Assembly: GCF_018350175.1 (NCBI RefSeq)
Contig: NC_058373.1
Location: 111,664,001 to 111,728,000 of the forward strand
Length of the DNA: 64,000 bases
Reading direction: 5' to 3'
Source: Felis catus
Taxonomy: Eukaryota
This document shows positions 39,501-52,332 of this stretch, one piece after another; the stretch's first letter is position 1; each line of letters starts with the position of its first letter. The notes under the pieces were generated by a model that saw nothing but the letters and a program-made list of their open reading frames with translations, ran no database searches and had not been told where the DNA came from. Both the position numbers and the translations under genes were made by a program.

Positions 39501-40590
39501 ACGTAATAAGGATTAGCTATTATTATTGCATTCCTTTGTATTAAACTAGTAAATTCCTTTTCTTCTAAAAAGAGAAGGCTGGGGAAGACTTTTCTTCTTT
39601 AATGGGGATAGAGAGCCCACAAACTCCAGGATAGGAGACAAGCCAGCCCTTGATGGTGAGTTTTTCCCTCTCCTACACCTGGGAGATGGGGGAGGAACGC
39701 ATGCCTTCCAAGACTGTGGGAGTTAAGCATAAGCCTGGCACAAAGACCAGGATTGATTCTAGGCAGCCACAGTGAGATGGGAGCTTCCTACAAGGAAGAG
39801 GTGAACAAGGGTGAAAGGAAAAGTGACCCCTTTTATACGAGGCTTTCAGGGCATCAGTGAATAAGGCTGCCACACCTTGATCTCTTTGGAGACAACACAG
39901 AGGTTTGCTCTGAGCTTCTGGCATTCCCTTCACCTCCGCACTGAGAATGGGGGAGCTCATCACATAAGCTTTTCAACTTAGGCAATAGTGACTTCTTTTG
40001 TCCCCTCAAGGACTCCCATACACTAAGGCTACCCACCTCACCTTGCTGAGCACCAGTTTCCTCATCTGGGAAATACTCTCATCCCAATCCTCAATGCACT
40101 GGATGATCTCTAAGTAACATCCTTCCAGATCTGTGATCCCATAAGTTTTGGGACAGTAATTCCATTAGGGGTTAAAAGGCGGGACAGATCAATGAGGGTT
40201 GGAGTGGACAGAGAAGGTTTCATGGAAGAGATGAACCTGGGAGGGTTTGTGTAGGCAGAAGGGAGGAAGTTCTGTTTTTGTTCCCATGGCCTTTAAACCT
40301 CACTCTGATGGCTGGCAATCTTTCTGAACCCACTCATCAGGCCAGAAGAATTTCTCTCCAAGGAGTCCCTGCCCACCTTCTCACTCCAGGATGTCATCCA
40401 GTCACACCAAGAGAACCAGCAAAACCTCAAACCAAGATATAAGCTAACTAAAATGTCCCTTGCCTTGAGGTCACCTGGAACAGTTTCCTTTCTGGTCAGA
40501 GGGATTGCTTTCCATTTGTCTCTCATCAGCTCTAAGCAGTGCCCAGGTCAATGGAAACAAATGTCCCCAGACTGGAAAGATTGTCTTGAA

Positions 40591-40799
40591 TTAATTTTTT
40601 TAATGTTTATTTATTTTTGAAAGAGAGAGAGAGAGAGCAGGGGAGGGGCAGAGAGAGACACACACACAGAATCTGAAGCAGGCTCCAGGCTCTGAGCTGT
40701 CAGCACAGAGCTCCATGCAAGCCTCCAACTCACAAGCCGTGAGATCATGACCTGAGCCAAAGTCAGAGGCCTAGCCAATTGAGCCCCACAGGTGCCCTG
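40591..40799 (-). mobile_element. Can-SINE (SINEC_Fc type)
   Basis: Full body, with perfect 13-bp TSD agattgtcttgaa at 40578-40590 and 40800-40812. Confidence 0.94.
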
Positions 40800-42429
40800 A
40801 GATTGTCTTGAAACAAGGCTGAGGATCCTTACCAGGGCTGGATCCCACTGTTCTCTCTGAAAGAGAAGGATGGTGCTCATTCATGAGCAGAGCCTTGGGT
40901 GGAGTATATTCCCTGTACTTGGCATCCCCCCTTCCTACCATCATCTCTAGGAAGGCCCACCCAGGAAGCTGTCCTGGACACCTGCTTAGAAAGAAGCCTC
41001 TTCCTTTACATCCTACCCCCTAAAATGACTCAAACTGTCAAGCAATGCTGGCCTCATGGCCAAATCCAATTTAATGACACAAAGACCCTGGCTGTCCTTC
41101 TAAGCTAATTAGATATCCAAGAAAGGTTGGAAGGAAGGGAGAGAGATCAGACCCTGAGAAAAATGATACTTGTGAGAACATCATGGAAAGCCAGTGGGAA
41201 TTAAACTTTGTGCTGTGTGCCTTTGCTCTGACCTTAATTTTTTATTCCCAGCTCTCTTTGGGGGCCCTTGTCTACCTCTTTGAAAAGCTGTACGGTGAGG
41301 TCATTCTTTATAGCAGGGGACATCTGCCTATTGCCTGCGTTAGAAGGTGACATATTTTCCTTTTCTCCTAAAGGTCAAGCTAATTTAGTCCCATGTGATA
41401 GAGTCCGGTGTGCTTGTCACGAGTGACAGCTAGGCTGTGATGGATGTCAAGTGGTTGCAGTAGCTCCAAGGCAGGAACCTGTCTCTTCTAGGTGAGCAGC
41501 CAGGGGTTTTAGCTGCTTCAGGCTGAGAGATTGAGTCCAAATGAAAGTTCAGAGGCCCATGGTAATAACTGCCCCTCCATAAGCACTCCTGATTATCAGT
41601 TTACTGCAGTTCCATCCTTCCAGTGCTCAGCTCTTTCATTGACCTCTAGAGTCACTTGGAAGCTACACCACTTCATTAACTACAGTTCTCTCAGTCTCCA
41701 GACTCTGGAGCTGCCTTCAGTTTTTCCTGGTTCGTGACATGGAGGGTTATCATTTCAGATGTTACATCCAGAGGATTCTTCAGCATCTTTTCTTCCACTG
41801 CCACCAGAATAGACTGCAGTAGGAAGCAGAGGTCTGTCTCTGGGTTTTGTTTTGTTTTGTTTTGTTTTAATTACACTTCAGAGTTAGGATCTTGGTTCCT
41901 CCCGTGTCACATTATTTTCTAAAAATGAGAGGTGATTAATGCTGACCAAACATTGTACTTCAGCAAATGAGTAATGATGCCCTCTTTCTACAATGAGAAG
42001 ACTTGCTCCTCACTTCTTTATTATTCTGACCCCTCTCTTTAAGAAGAAAGCCGACAGTCACAGAATGACACAGCTGGGAGGAAGCTTAGAAATCATTCAG
42101 TGCAGCCCCTCATTTTCTAGAGGAGGGAATGAGGTTCAGAGGAGTGAAGTGACTCGGACACTCAGAAAAGATGACCTTAGAAACATGGTTCCCAGTGACC
42201 CTGCTTCTCCTCCTCAGTGGCCTGGGAAGTTAGATGTTCTTCATGTTCCTACTATTGGAGTCTGACTCTCATCTTGGAAAAATGTACAGAAAACAGAAAT
42301 GATGTAAAAAAGAGAGTAATGTTTCCAGTTCAGAGTCTCCTGACAAGAAAAGCCTATTCCTTCACCAGCTCCACAGACTCTCTGCCCCTAGGTCCTTAGG
42401 TCTTCTAGGTGTCCACTTCAACATGGACT

Positions 42430-42912
42430 GGATCCTGGCTGGCTGTACTGGGCATATCTGGTTTTCTTCTCTCCCCACCCTGACTGGACCTCAGCTGATT
42501 AGAACAGAAAGAGACACCTGACCCTAAGGAACCCCATTCATAGACTGATCATCTGCCAATGACATGTTGAAATTATGGTTAGGTGGCATAAGGCATAGGA
42601 CCTGGAAGGCCACACAGATCCTGGTACTAGGGTGACCATGTTGGGCTTTGTGCAGAAACTGTAAGCAGAAAAGGCTAGTTTTTTAAAAGAAGCAAGAGGA
42701 TGGAATCAATACAGAGACACATGGGCATATGTGACCATGTTCCCCAGAAAGAAGATAGAAGGGCCATGGCTCTTGGTGATTTCTAGTATCATGAGGCTCT
42801 GCTTTACTCTATTTCCTACCCTGACTGGCATGGATTTTCATAACCTCCTATCCCTGTCCTTTATTTGTATTGGCTTTGGTCCCTTACAGCTACAACATCT
42901 CTAATCAGAACA
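42430..42912 (+). mobile_element. Possible old ERVL/MaLR LTR remnant
   Basis: cagctgattagaacagaaagagacacctgaccc...ggctttggtcccttacagctacaacatctctaatcagaaca has an LTR-like layout and 3' end. Family not certain. Confidence 0.35.
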
Positions 42913-43168
42913 TATCTGGTACTATCCATATCTGTAAGTCTTGTTCCTCAAACCAGAAACAAGCTCTCAAAGGCCAGAGGTTTATGTCTTAGCCTTTTGA
43001 AAAACCTTTCCAAGTAACTTGTACATATGACAGCTGTTGAAAGGTTGGTCTGAAATGCTTTCTGGAAATTCAGTTTTATAGGCCCTTTTAAACATTTACT
43101 CAGTTGGCCCTAAGGACACTTTTTTTGGAGCTTTCCAACATAAAGCTCCTCAGTATTAACTATTACTA

Positions 43169-43515
43169 TACTTGACTTTGAACAATGAGAGGGGTTGGGG
43201 TGCTGACCCCCACTCCTGTGTGCAGTAAAACTCTCAAGTATAACTTTTGACTCCCCCCAAATTAACTACTAATAGTCTACTGTTGACTGGATAAACAACA
43301 CATTTTTAAAAATATCACATATCTGTGTACTGTATTCTTATAATAAAGTCATCTGGAGAAAAGAAAATGTTATTAAGAAAATCCTAAGAGGGGTGACTGG
43401 GTGGCTCAGTCTGTTAAGCATCTGACTCTCGACTTCAGCTCAGGTCATGATCTCACAGTTTGGGAGATTGAACCCCACATCAGGCTCTGCACTGACAGTG
43501 TGGAACCTGCTTGGG

Positions 43516-43550
<35 letters not shown>

Positions 43551-43714
43551 TCCTTCCCTACTCACGTGCTCTCTCTCAAAAGAAATAGACTCTTTTTTAA
43601 AAAAAGAAAATCATAAGAAAGAGAAAATACATTTATAGCACATTTTTTATCCAAAAAAATCTGCATATAAGTAGACATGTGCAGTTCAAACCCATGTTGT
43701 TCAACAGTCACATG
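43169..43714 (-). mobile_element. Tigger2a-type MITE, interrupted by a Can-SINE
   Basis: Reverse-orientation homologue of 17883-18180 (taacttttgactcccc, aactactaatagtctactgttgac, gcagttcaaacccatgttgttcaa), flanked by TA. Confidence 0.82.
43390..43603 (+). mobile_element. Can-SINE (older subfamily)
   Basis: ggggtgactgggtggctcagtctgttaagcatctgactc...(CT)n. 15-bp TSD aagaaaatc(c/a)taaga at 43375-43389 and 43604-43618. Confidence 0.94.
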
Positions 43715-44086
43715 TAATTTTATGGGAAACAAATGAATTCCAATGTGTCCTATGTAGTCCTAATTTTCCCAAACCTCTTCAACTGGCAGGCTGAGACGGG
43801 ATTACAGGGATTGTAATAATACAGAAATCACTGGTTTAGGTAGCACCTCAGCCCTGAAAGGGCCCATATACTGCTTTTGTGTGCTCCAGCAGGATGTCTC
43901 ACATGTGTACATGGAGAGATTGGCTCCTCCAAGGGCCACTAATGGTCCACCATCTCCCACAGATCTACCTTCAGCCTACCCTTCTATTACCTTCTTAACT
44001 CCCCATCCAGCTCTTCTCCATGCTGCTGGCAGAGTTGTCTGACAAATGTAAATCTTATCACACGATTCCCCTGCTTAACACCCACC

Positions 44087-44525
44087 TGTGTCAGATACTA
44101 TTCGTCACCATTCCTCAGCCATTCCCAACACTGTTCTTACAAGTTGGCATTGCTGGTTTCCTGTTGGAGATGCCCAAAGTGCCAAATATTCACCTTCCCA
44201 GATTCCGTTGCAGCTAAGGCATAGGAATATGCCTTGGCTAACTGGGCTTGAGGGGAAGACTTCTGAGGGCTTCTGGGAAGCAAGTTTCTCTTTAATGAAA
44301 AAGATACAAGGGAGGAGAATTCCCTTTTACTTGCTTTCGGATGTTGTGTGTTGAAGCTGTGATGCTTGGGTCTGGACTCCCATATTGTGCTTGTGGAAAG
44401 AGCCCCACATTGATGAGTCTCTTCAGCTTTCAATTGCTGGCCTTTTTATTATATGAGAAAATTAAATGCCCTTACAACGAAAGCCACTTTTAAATGGGTC
44501 TTCTTTTGCAAAAGCAACCTGAGAC
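44087..44525 (+). mobile_element. MaLR LTR (MLT1K-like) within L2 remnants
   Basis: caccttcccagattccgttgcagctaagg...gggcttctgggaag...gtgatgcttggg...tatatgagaaaattaaatgccc. Confidence 0.55.
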
Positions 44526-45104
44526 ATTGTCCACCGATCCCTACAGGAGACAATCCAAATTCCTTAGCATGGGTACATCAGGCCTTCACAAGTTTGCCCT
44601 GTATCTTGCTCCAGCACCATTTTTTGCCAAACCCACCCTGCGTTTCGATTCCCCAGCCACACCAAACTATTTGCCAAATGGGATGAGCTTTTAGAAACCT
44701 CAGCCTTGAGTGTCCTTCTCTGCCGTTGGTTACAGTCATCTATTATAAGACTCAACTCAAGTTGTTCTTGATCCTTCACACCTTTTGTGTGGAATGTTGC
44801 CTTCTTTATGCCCCTCTATACCTGTAAATACTTCCATTTTAGTACCTGCGACAGCTCTTCTTTGGCTATTTACATGTGTGACTGCTCTTCCAGCTCTAAG
44901 TTCTTTGGGGCACAAGAACTTGTGTATATTGATTTTCAGTTTTGTATGTCCAGTGCAGATGATCGTTAAATATTTTTTAATAAATAAATAATTGGGTGAG
45001 TGATTAATTAGTTGATTCCAATTCTCAACTTCCCTTATTAACACAATCATTTTAGGGTTTTGTTTTTGTTTGTTTTTAAGCGTATGAGTCTGTCAGCCTG
45101 TTTT

Positions 45105-45250
45105 AGACCCATGCTTACAAATCACCTGGGAATCTTGTTAGTGTGCAGATTATAACACAGTAGGTCTGAATGGAGCCCAAGATTCTGCATTTCCAACAAG
45201 CCCTCAGGTGATGCTGATGATGCTAGCAAAGTCATCAGGACAGCATGGCC
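45105..45250 (+). mobile_element. MER5-family hAT MITE fragment
   Basis: aatcacctgggaatcttgtta...cagtaggtctg...gattctgcatttccaacaagccctcaggtgatgctgatg. Confidence 0.75.
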
Positions 45251-46330
45251 CCGGAGGACAGGGGCTACACCTGTCTATAAGTGGATGATGCTCTAAAAAA
45301 CAAGTGGAGACTTATTGAAGATAACAGATGACAAGGAACATACCTTCTATCCATCATTTCCATCCAGGAGCTTTGGTTTCCTTCTCTGGAAGTCATCTTC
45401 TTCAGTGATGGAGCTGAGTTTTTCTAGGGCTCTTATTTCTCATTTTCTCCAGCTAGAGTCCAGCCTAGGCCACAAATGTTGCTCCTTCCATACCTTTGTG
45501 ACCATTGTCAGAGGCTCACCCAAGCTGGGAGAGAGAGGATGGAGCTACCAGGTGGCAGAGTACCTGGTTAAAGCAACAAGCCAAAAATGAAAGAGTTAAA
45601 CCATAAATCACTCATTGCTATGGTATCAGCAAGTCTAAAACTGGAAAAGATAATGACTGGCCCTGTTCCATTTCCCCTTGTGGAAAGGCACAGCAGTCCA
45701 GAGTCAAGTGGATCAGCACAGATGTGAGGGTTGTCTTGCTCTTGAGGAAGCCCCTGAAGAAAAGGTAGTTTTTTGGATCCTGAGATTGGGGGAAAGGGAT
45801 GGGGGAAGGGCTCCGAGTGGAAAAATACTGGGTACTGAGACAGTGAAGAGAGTGTCTTCAGGGTTTCCTCCCCCACGTCCATCCCTCCCTCCACTAAGGA
45901 GGATTCAGCAGAGATGGGCACCTGAAGAGGACCGCTGCTCAAGCCTCAGACAGGGAGACGGGAACAAAGGTGTCTCCCAGCTAGGAATGCAAAGAAGCCA
46001 AGAGCGTGACCAGCGAGGGGGGCCTGAGTGCTTGACTGCACCTCCCTCCAGATGCGATGGAGGCCGTGCACCGAGGCTGCTGTGGCGAGGGCAGCTTCCC
46101 CCCGGACCTGCCAGGCAAAGCCTCTGTAATTACCTATGGTCAGGACTAAAAACACACACAGGCTTTTAACCAGGAGCTAGTCTCCTCAATAGTGTTTCTC
46201 ACCAAAATGTTCACTTGAAATTCATTCATATTCATTCTCCTTGCCTCTGTCTCCTTCTGTCCCCCTTTCTCCTTTACCTCCTTCCCCCTCACACCTTCCA
46301 CCCCCTGTGGTCCCACTCATTCTTGTCAGC

Positions 46331-47078
46331 TGTATTAATTCCACGACTTAGTAGTGACAAACAACAAACATTCATTATCCCACAGTTTCTGGGAGTCAGA
46401 AATCAAGGTGCGGCTTAGGTAGGTGCCTCTGGTTCAAGTTCTCTCATAAGGTTGAAAACCATCAGCCAGGGCTGCAGTGTCGTTTGACTAGGAGGCCCAC
46501 TTCCAAGCTCAATCCCATGGTCACTGGCACTGCTCAATTCCTTGTTGGCTATTAGTGGGAGGACTACCTCAGTTTCTTGCCATGGGAGTCTCTCCTTAGG
46601 GCATCTTATGACATGGCAACTGGCTTTCCTTAGGGCAAGTGAACAAGTGAAAGCACGTAAAATATCCATGTAGAAGGTATGGTCTTTAAAAAAAATTTTT
46701 TTTAAATATTTATTTATTTTTGAGAGAGAGAGAGAGAGAATGAGAGAGAGAGGAAGGGACAGAGAAGGAGACACAGAACTTGCAACAGGCTCTGGGCTCT
46801 GAGCTGTCAGGACAGAGCCCAACACAGGGCTTGAACTCACGAACTGCAAGATTATGACCTGAGCTGAAGTCGGATACTTAACTGACTGAGCCACCCAGGC
46901 GCCCCTGAAGCTACAGTCGTTTTATAACATAATGTCACAAGTGACATTCCATGACTTCTGCTGTATCTTGTTTATTAGAAGTAAATCATTAAGTCCAGCC
47001 CACATGAGAAGGTATTACCAAGGGCTTGAATACTGGAGGTGGGGGTTTGGGGGGCCTTCTTAAGGGCTGCCTACTGCA
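46331..47078 (-). mobile_element. MLT1F-like MaLR solo LTR, interrupted by a Can-SINE
   Basis: Reverse complement begins tgcagtaggcagcccttaagaaggccccc...ctccagtattcaagcccttg, as in MLT1F. The other end has attatcccacagtttctgggagtcagaaat. Confidence 0.8.
46688..46905 (-). mobile_element. Can-SINE (SINEC_Fc type)
   Basis: ...ttaactgactgagccacccaggcgcccc head. Degenerate TSD gaaggtatggtcttt/gaagctacagtcgtt. Confidence 0.94.
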
Positions 47079-48259
47079 AAAGCCCAGATGACAGTCTCCT
47101 TACTTCCTGACTATTCCTGTAGCACGCTATAGAGCCTGTTCTGCCTGTAAACAAACTTTTGATTTCATTCTATTCTGTACACCTGTCTTATTACCCCAAG
47201 TGACTGAAGCTCTTCTTTTTAATGGAATCCCAGCTCCCTAGGAGTCAAGAACACTGGGTCTCATCCCTTACTTCTTTTACAGTCCTTGCTGTCCCCATCC
47301 CAGGAATAGATCTAGGATAAATATTTGTTGATTATGATCAACTCTCAACTTAAACTTGTTTAAACTTTTTCTCCTTTAGTCTAGCTTTCTGGGGCTCTGG
47401 GATTTCTGTGGAAACCTTTATATTCAGAGCCTTTTCCTGCTGAGCAAACAGACCTCGTCTGGGTCGATAATCCTTGCTGGGAGAGTGAGGCAGGGTTATT
47501 GTTTACACTACAGAGCTGTCTTCTAATGCCTTGAACATTGGAATTTAGCTACTGAGAGAATCAGGCATGATTTGGAGCCCTTTAGAGCAGAGAAAAGATG
47601 AAAGATGAGAACTGGCACTTTGTGTTGAGTTTCTTATTTAATCCTCCTAACAAATACAAGATAGAGTTTATCACCCTCACTTTCCAAATACAGAGTTTGG
47701 GACCCCACAATTAGCCAGGAACAGAGCTAGAACCTGAACCCAGACCCCAGAGTCTTTCCTTCACCCCTGCCTTATGCTTCTAGGTGTGATTTCCAGAGTG
47801 ATTTACCCTCAGATCAGGGTCCCTCCTGCTGGGGCTATTTGCAGTGTCACTCTCCATGATTCCTGTGGCCCATTCTGTGTCCTGAGATGCCCCGTAATAC
47901 CTGATGAATGAACTCGTCCCCCTCTGGAGTCGGGGGTGGCCAGGGGGCTTCCACACTCACTCCCAAAGGCCAAGGAGAACATTAGACGCACCTAGCCAGT
48001 ACAACTGATTCCAGGAGTGGGGGAGTGGAGTGAGGCAGGGAGAAGCTGGTTTGGGGGAAGTGTGGCAAAGAAATCTTGTCAGAAGCTCTGACACCACAGG
48101 AAGAAAAGGTCACTTGAAACGTACGTGTATATATATGTATGGCTTTGCCAAGCCGACTTGTTTGCCCTTTTCTGAGGGACCTCAACAGCCGCCTCAGTCC
48201 CCTGAGTGGGACACTTGGTGGAAAGTAGTGTTGCAGGAGACATTGAGCAGACCCAGAAA

Positions 48260-48765
48260 TGTATACAGAAAGAATTACCATAGCAGGTCTGACGCAGCTG
48301 TGATCTGAGAGGCCAGCTTGCAAGGTTGGCCTCTGGGAACTCACCTTTCGGGAGGGTTCCCACCACCTCAACTGAAAAGTGGCTCACCGTGCCTCAACTG
48401 TTTGTGCGGACAATGTGGTGTATGCTGAACAGCTGCTTTTCTTCTGAGAGTCTGGAATTTTGGGGCATGCTAAGCAGACAGTGCCTACATGAGCAGCCCC
48501 CCCGTAAAAACCTTGAGCACTGAGTCTCTCTTGAACTTCCCTGGTAGCATCATAGAGTTATGATTTGTTGCTGAGGGAATTAAATGTGTCCTGTATGACC
48601 AAAGAAACAGGACTCTTGAAAGCTCATGCCTGGCTTCCCTTGGCTGATTTTGCTTTGTATCCTTTTGCTGTAATAAATCTTAGCCTTGAGTTGATTAAAT
48701 ACTGAATCATGTGAGTCCTCCTGGCAAAACATTGACCTTGAGGTGGTCTTGGAGACCCCTGACTT
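48260..48765 (+). mobile_element. MER68 (ERVL) solo LTR
   Basis: catagcaggtctga...gcttgcaaggttggcc...tttcgggagggttcccacca...gctgattttgctttgtatccttttgctgtaataaatc...gtggtcttggagacccctgac. Confidence 0.85.
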
Positions 48766-50215
48766 TCTAGGAAAGGAGGAGTGGAGGCGATGTGTGGGGG
48801 CAAGAGCTTTCCCTGACTAGATGTCTATAAATCCTCTTAACTTCACAACTGTCCAAACTTCTCCCTCATGATCTTCCTCTTTCCCTCTCAGGGTCTCTAA
48901 TTTTCTCCGTTCCCTCATTGAATAGTCTCATCCTTCAAAACAAATGCTTGAGGGTGTCCTCCTGTGATTCAACCTTGTTTGAGCTCTGATATGGGAGAAT
49001 GAGAACAGAGCTTAGTAGTATGAAAAACTCTTCAATCCTTTAATTAATAAGTACGCTGATAAAAAAAAATACCTATAGGTTCTCCACTTAAAATTCTCCT
49101 CTCTGTTAAAATATCTGAAGTGGTGTTCTTTGAAAATGTAGATGAATGTCACCTGGAGGGGAGTCACAGAGCAGAAAGAGTATCATTTGGCACAGACACA
49201 GGAACAGGAGTCAAAGCACCAACAACCCCGTAAGGTGGTTGGGAATGTGGCAGATGTGAGGTTTTCCCCCCCACCCCAAATCTGAGTGAGAACAAGGGTC
49301 GGAGCAGGGCCAGATCCAGTAGGTAGTGAAAGCCTTTTTCACAACGTTGAATTTCAAGTCAGATGCGGGGAGATGGGGAGTCATTGGATGGTTTTTAACA
49401 GAGGACTAAGATCTTGATTATCTTTTCTAGTTCAAAGACTATATATATATGAATACCTGAATGTCTCAGACCATTTCTGAAGAAGTACAGGGCCATTTTG
49501 GAGAAATTGGTGCTGTAATTTTATGTCCTTTTATTGTAATTTCCAGGAGCTGAGAGCCATTGAGTCATCATCAGGGATCCTGCCTGGTTTGACACTGTTA
49601 TTTCCATTCCTTCCTCCTTGCTTTTTTTTTTTTTTTTAAAGAAATAGAGGCCTAGTCTGCAATGAAAAACCAGAGTCCTCATTTTTCTTCTCTACATCAT
49701 TGTCATTCAAATTAATTCATTTAGTGAATGGGCTTATGATTTGCACTTAGAAGAAAATTACCATTTAAATTTTTAACCAGAACAGTGGGGTGGTAAATCA
49801 ACAGGAACTCATTATACCCATTTCCCAGTGGGGTGTAACCCCTGACCCAGCCACACAGCTGGGGAGAAGCCCACTGACTACAGGCTCCTTTCCTGCTCAG
49901 ATACTGACCTTCTCCTATGATAAAGCTCCATTTACCCTCTGAGCAAAATTCTAGAATTGGTTGATCAACCATACTATTGTCACATACTAACACCATGAAA
50001 ACAATTAGAAAATGGTATAATAAAAATCTTTCAAGAGTTGAAAGCTAAACTCAACACTTGTAATAGAATCTTCCCCTTCTGATATGAAATGATGAATCTC
50101 ATTTCTTAAATATTTTATTGTGTGCCCACTATGTGCCAGGCACCATTTTAAGCACGTTACCTGTGTTATTTAATTCCCACAACCCTTTCTTTAGCAGGGA
50201 CAATTATTACTCCTA

Positions 50216-50736
50216 CGTGATAATTAATTTTCTGTGTCAACTTCATTGGGCCCTGAAGTGCCCAGATATTAGGTTAAACATTATTTCTGGTGTTTCTGTC
50301 AGTGTGTTTCTGGATGATATTAAAGTTTGAATTGGTAGACCGAGTAAAGCAGATTGCCCTCCCCAGCATGGGTGGCCTTCCAATCCATCAAAGTCATGAA
50401 TAGAATAAATGTTGAGTAAGGGAGAATTCTGTTTACCTGCCTATCTCTGAGCTGGGGCATCAGTCTTCTCCTGCCTTGGACTCAAACTGGAATGTACACC
50501 TTTGGCTCTCCTGAGTTTCCAGCTTAATGACTGAAGATCTAGGGATTTTTCAGTCTCTGTAATAATGTGAGCCAATTTCTTACAGTATATCCATCAATCT
50601 TTCTCTCTTTCTCGCTCTCCTTCTCTTTCCTCCCCCACACCCTCCCCCACATCTAGAGATGTCTAGATATTGTTCAAAGAGAGAAAGATGGAAAAAAACT
50701 CTTATTCTATTTTTCTGGAGAACTCAGACCAACACA
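50216..50736 (+). mobile_element. MLT2D-like (ERVL) solo LTR inserted into a MIR
   Basis: gtgataattaattttctgtgtcaactt...gagtaaagcagattgccctcccc...tctggagaactcagaccaacaca. The antisense MIR reads through from ~50110-50215 to 50737-50775. Confidence 0.88.
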
Positions 50737-51048
50737 CCCCATTTCACAGAATTAGAATCTAAAGCACAGAGCCAAGATTAACATGGCCCTGGTAAGAGGA
50801 TCCAATCTGTCCAATTTCAGAGATCATAATGTATGGTCCAGCTCACCACATAGTAAAGAAATACAAATAACAATGAGTGTTTGATTCTTTTGTCTCTCAA
50901 ATTAGCAAATACAGTGAAAAAAAAAAAAACCCTATATTGATGAGAGATGGGAAAATGGGACCACCGGTGCAGCGTTGGTGAAATATCAACTAGTACAATC
51001 TTTCCAAAAGACAGCTTGAGGATATCACAATGCAAAATGTGTAGACCC

Positions 51049-51553
51049 TGTCATTAGCTGGCTCCTCAAATCTCACCAGTGCAACCTGTTGCTAAGTCAA
51101 AACTGAACTTACTAGCTCTCTGCCATGAAGGAGACCACAACCTTGAAAATCGTTGGCAATGTCTCAGAACAGGAAAGGGAAAGTCAGAACTTACTGAGAA
51201 TGAAAGTTTGGTTTAAAGTAAGTCTTTCAGTGGAGGTTAGGAGGAAGATGACATTTGGTTTGGATTGGGTAGGAACAATCCAGGGTTGGTGGGAACAGCA
51301 AGGTGAGGATTTTGAGGGGAGGGATTCAAAGGACCTTACGGCACGCTCTATTGATATATTTTTTAAAAGAGCTGATGGGTCTTTGGGAAGTTTCTATAAT
51401 GAGCAGTCAAACCATTTGCTTGTGCAGGACAGTGAAACAAAGTCAGAGTTCTGATCAACAGGACAGAGGTGGGATTTGTTGTTCATTTTGGTAAAAATTA
51501 TAATGAAGTTAAAGTAGATTTTTAAAGGTTGATGAAAAATAAAGGTCCTTTCA
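51049..51553 (-). mobile_element. Possible ERV1-class LTR (MER89/MER110-like) splitting an L1ME fragment
   Basis: TG...CA bounded segment between colinear L1ME pieces (aatcttccaaaagacagcttgaggata... and aacaacccaaatgaccaacaataagggaactggtt). Family uncertain. Confidence 0.4.
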
Positions 51554-52153
51554 GGTGGTTAACTTGAATACATCACATAAATTACTGCTTAAAACTTCTT
51601 TAATGGCTTACCACAGCACCATTAATAAAAAACAACCCAAATGACCAACAATAAGGGAACTGGTTCAATAATGTGTGGCACATCAATACAATGGAGTTTG
51701 ACCATTAAGCCACTAAATAAATGATTGTATAGAAATATGACTCTGCTAGTATGAATCACCACCCAGCCTAGGTGTCTTTTTCAAAAATTTTGTAGTTGTC
51801 CAGCCTGGCACTGCAGGGAAGAGCTCTCCAGGATAGCTAGAAAGGGGCAGGCTTGGTGTGGATGGGCTGTGTTCTTACTATAGGCAGCTTGGTCTAAATG
51901 AAGAAACCTCCAATTTTCCAGGATGCAGGTGATATAAAGCCCTAGTTTTGGCAGGCATGGACTCTGACCCCACACAGCTCCTGGGCAGTGAAAGAGTGCT
52001 CCCATTCTCTCACCCAGCACCTCCTGGGCAGCCTTCCCAATCCAGGACCATTCTCCTAGCTCAGTGCCTCTTGTGTTCATATCTCTTCTCTCCTCTGGAG
52101 TTCTTTTGGTCAGTTAACTTCTACACAACATTCTTGATGCTTACATGCTCTTC

Positions 52154-52332
52154 CTATCTATCTATCTATCTATCTATCTATCATCTATCATCTACCTATT
52201 ATCTATCCATCAACTATCTAGCTATCTATCCATCCATCTATCCATCCGTCAACTATCTATCCATCCATCCATCTATCCATCTCTCTCTCTATCTATCTAT
52301 CATTTATCTATCCATCTATCTTCTATCTATCT
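52154..52332. repeat. Compound (TCTA)n/(TCCA)n tetranucleotide microsatellite
   Basis: Read directly from the sequence: about 180 nt of interrupted GATA/GGAT-type repeat. Confidence 0.95.

Noticed and set aside
17883..43714. Two inverted Tigger2a copies as the ends of one large composite transposon
   Set aside because: Each copy has its own pair of termini and TA flanks and has diverged separately, so they are independent insertions.
46415..46894. Recurring ORFs with AQVMIS...LTAQSLEPA (also 20025, 40611, 53239, 58772)
   Set aside because: These are translations of Can-SINE copies, not a paralogous gene family.
36901..47950. CTCF-like words at ~36901 (cactgcccctag), ~46009 (ccagcgaggggggc) and ~47936 (tggccagggggc)
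   Set aside because: Each has an indel or mismatches in the core. I cannot support them without a PWM scan or ChIP data.
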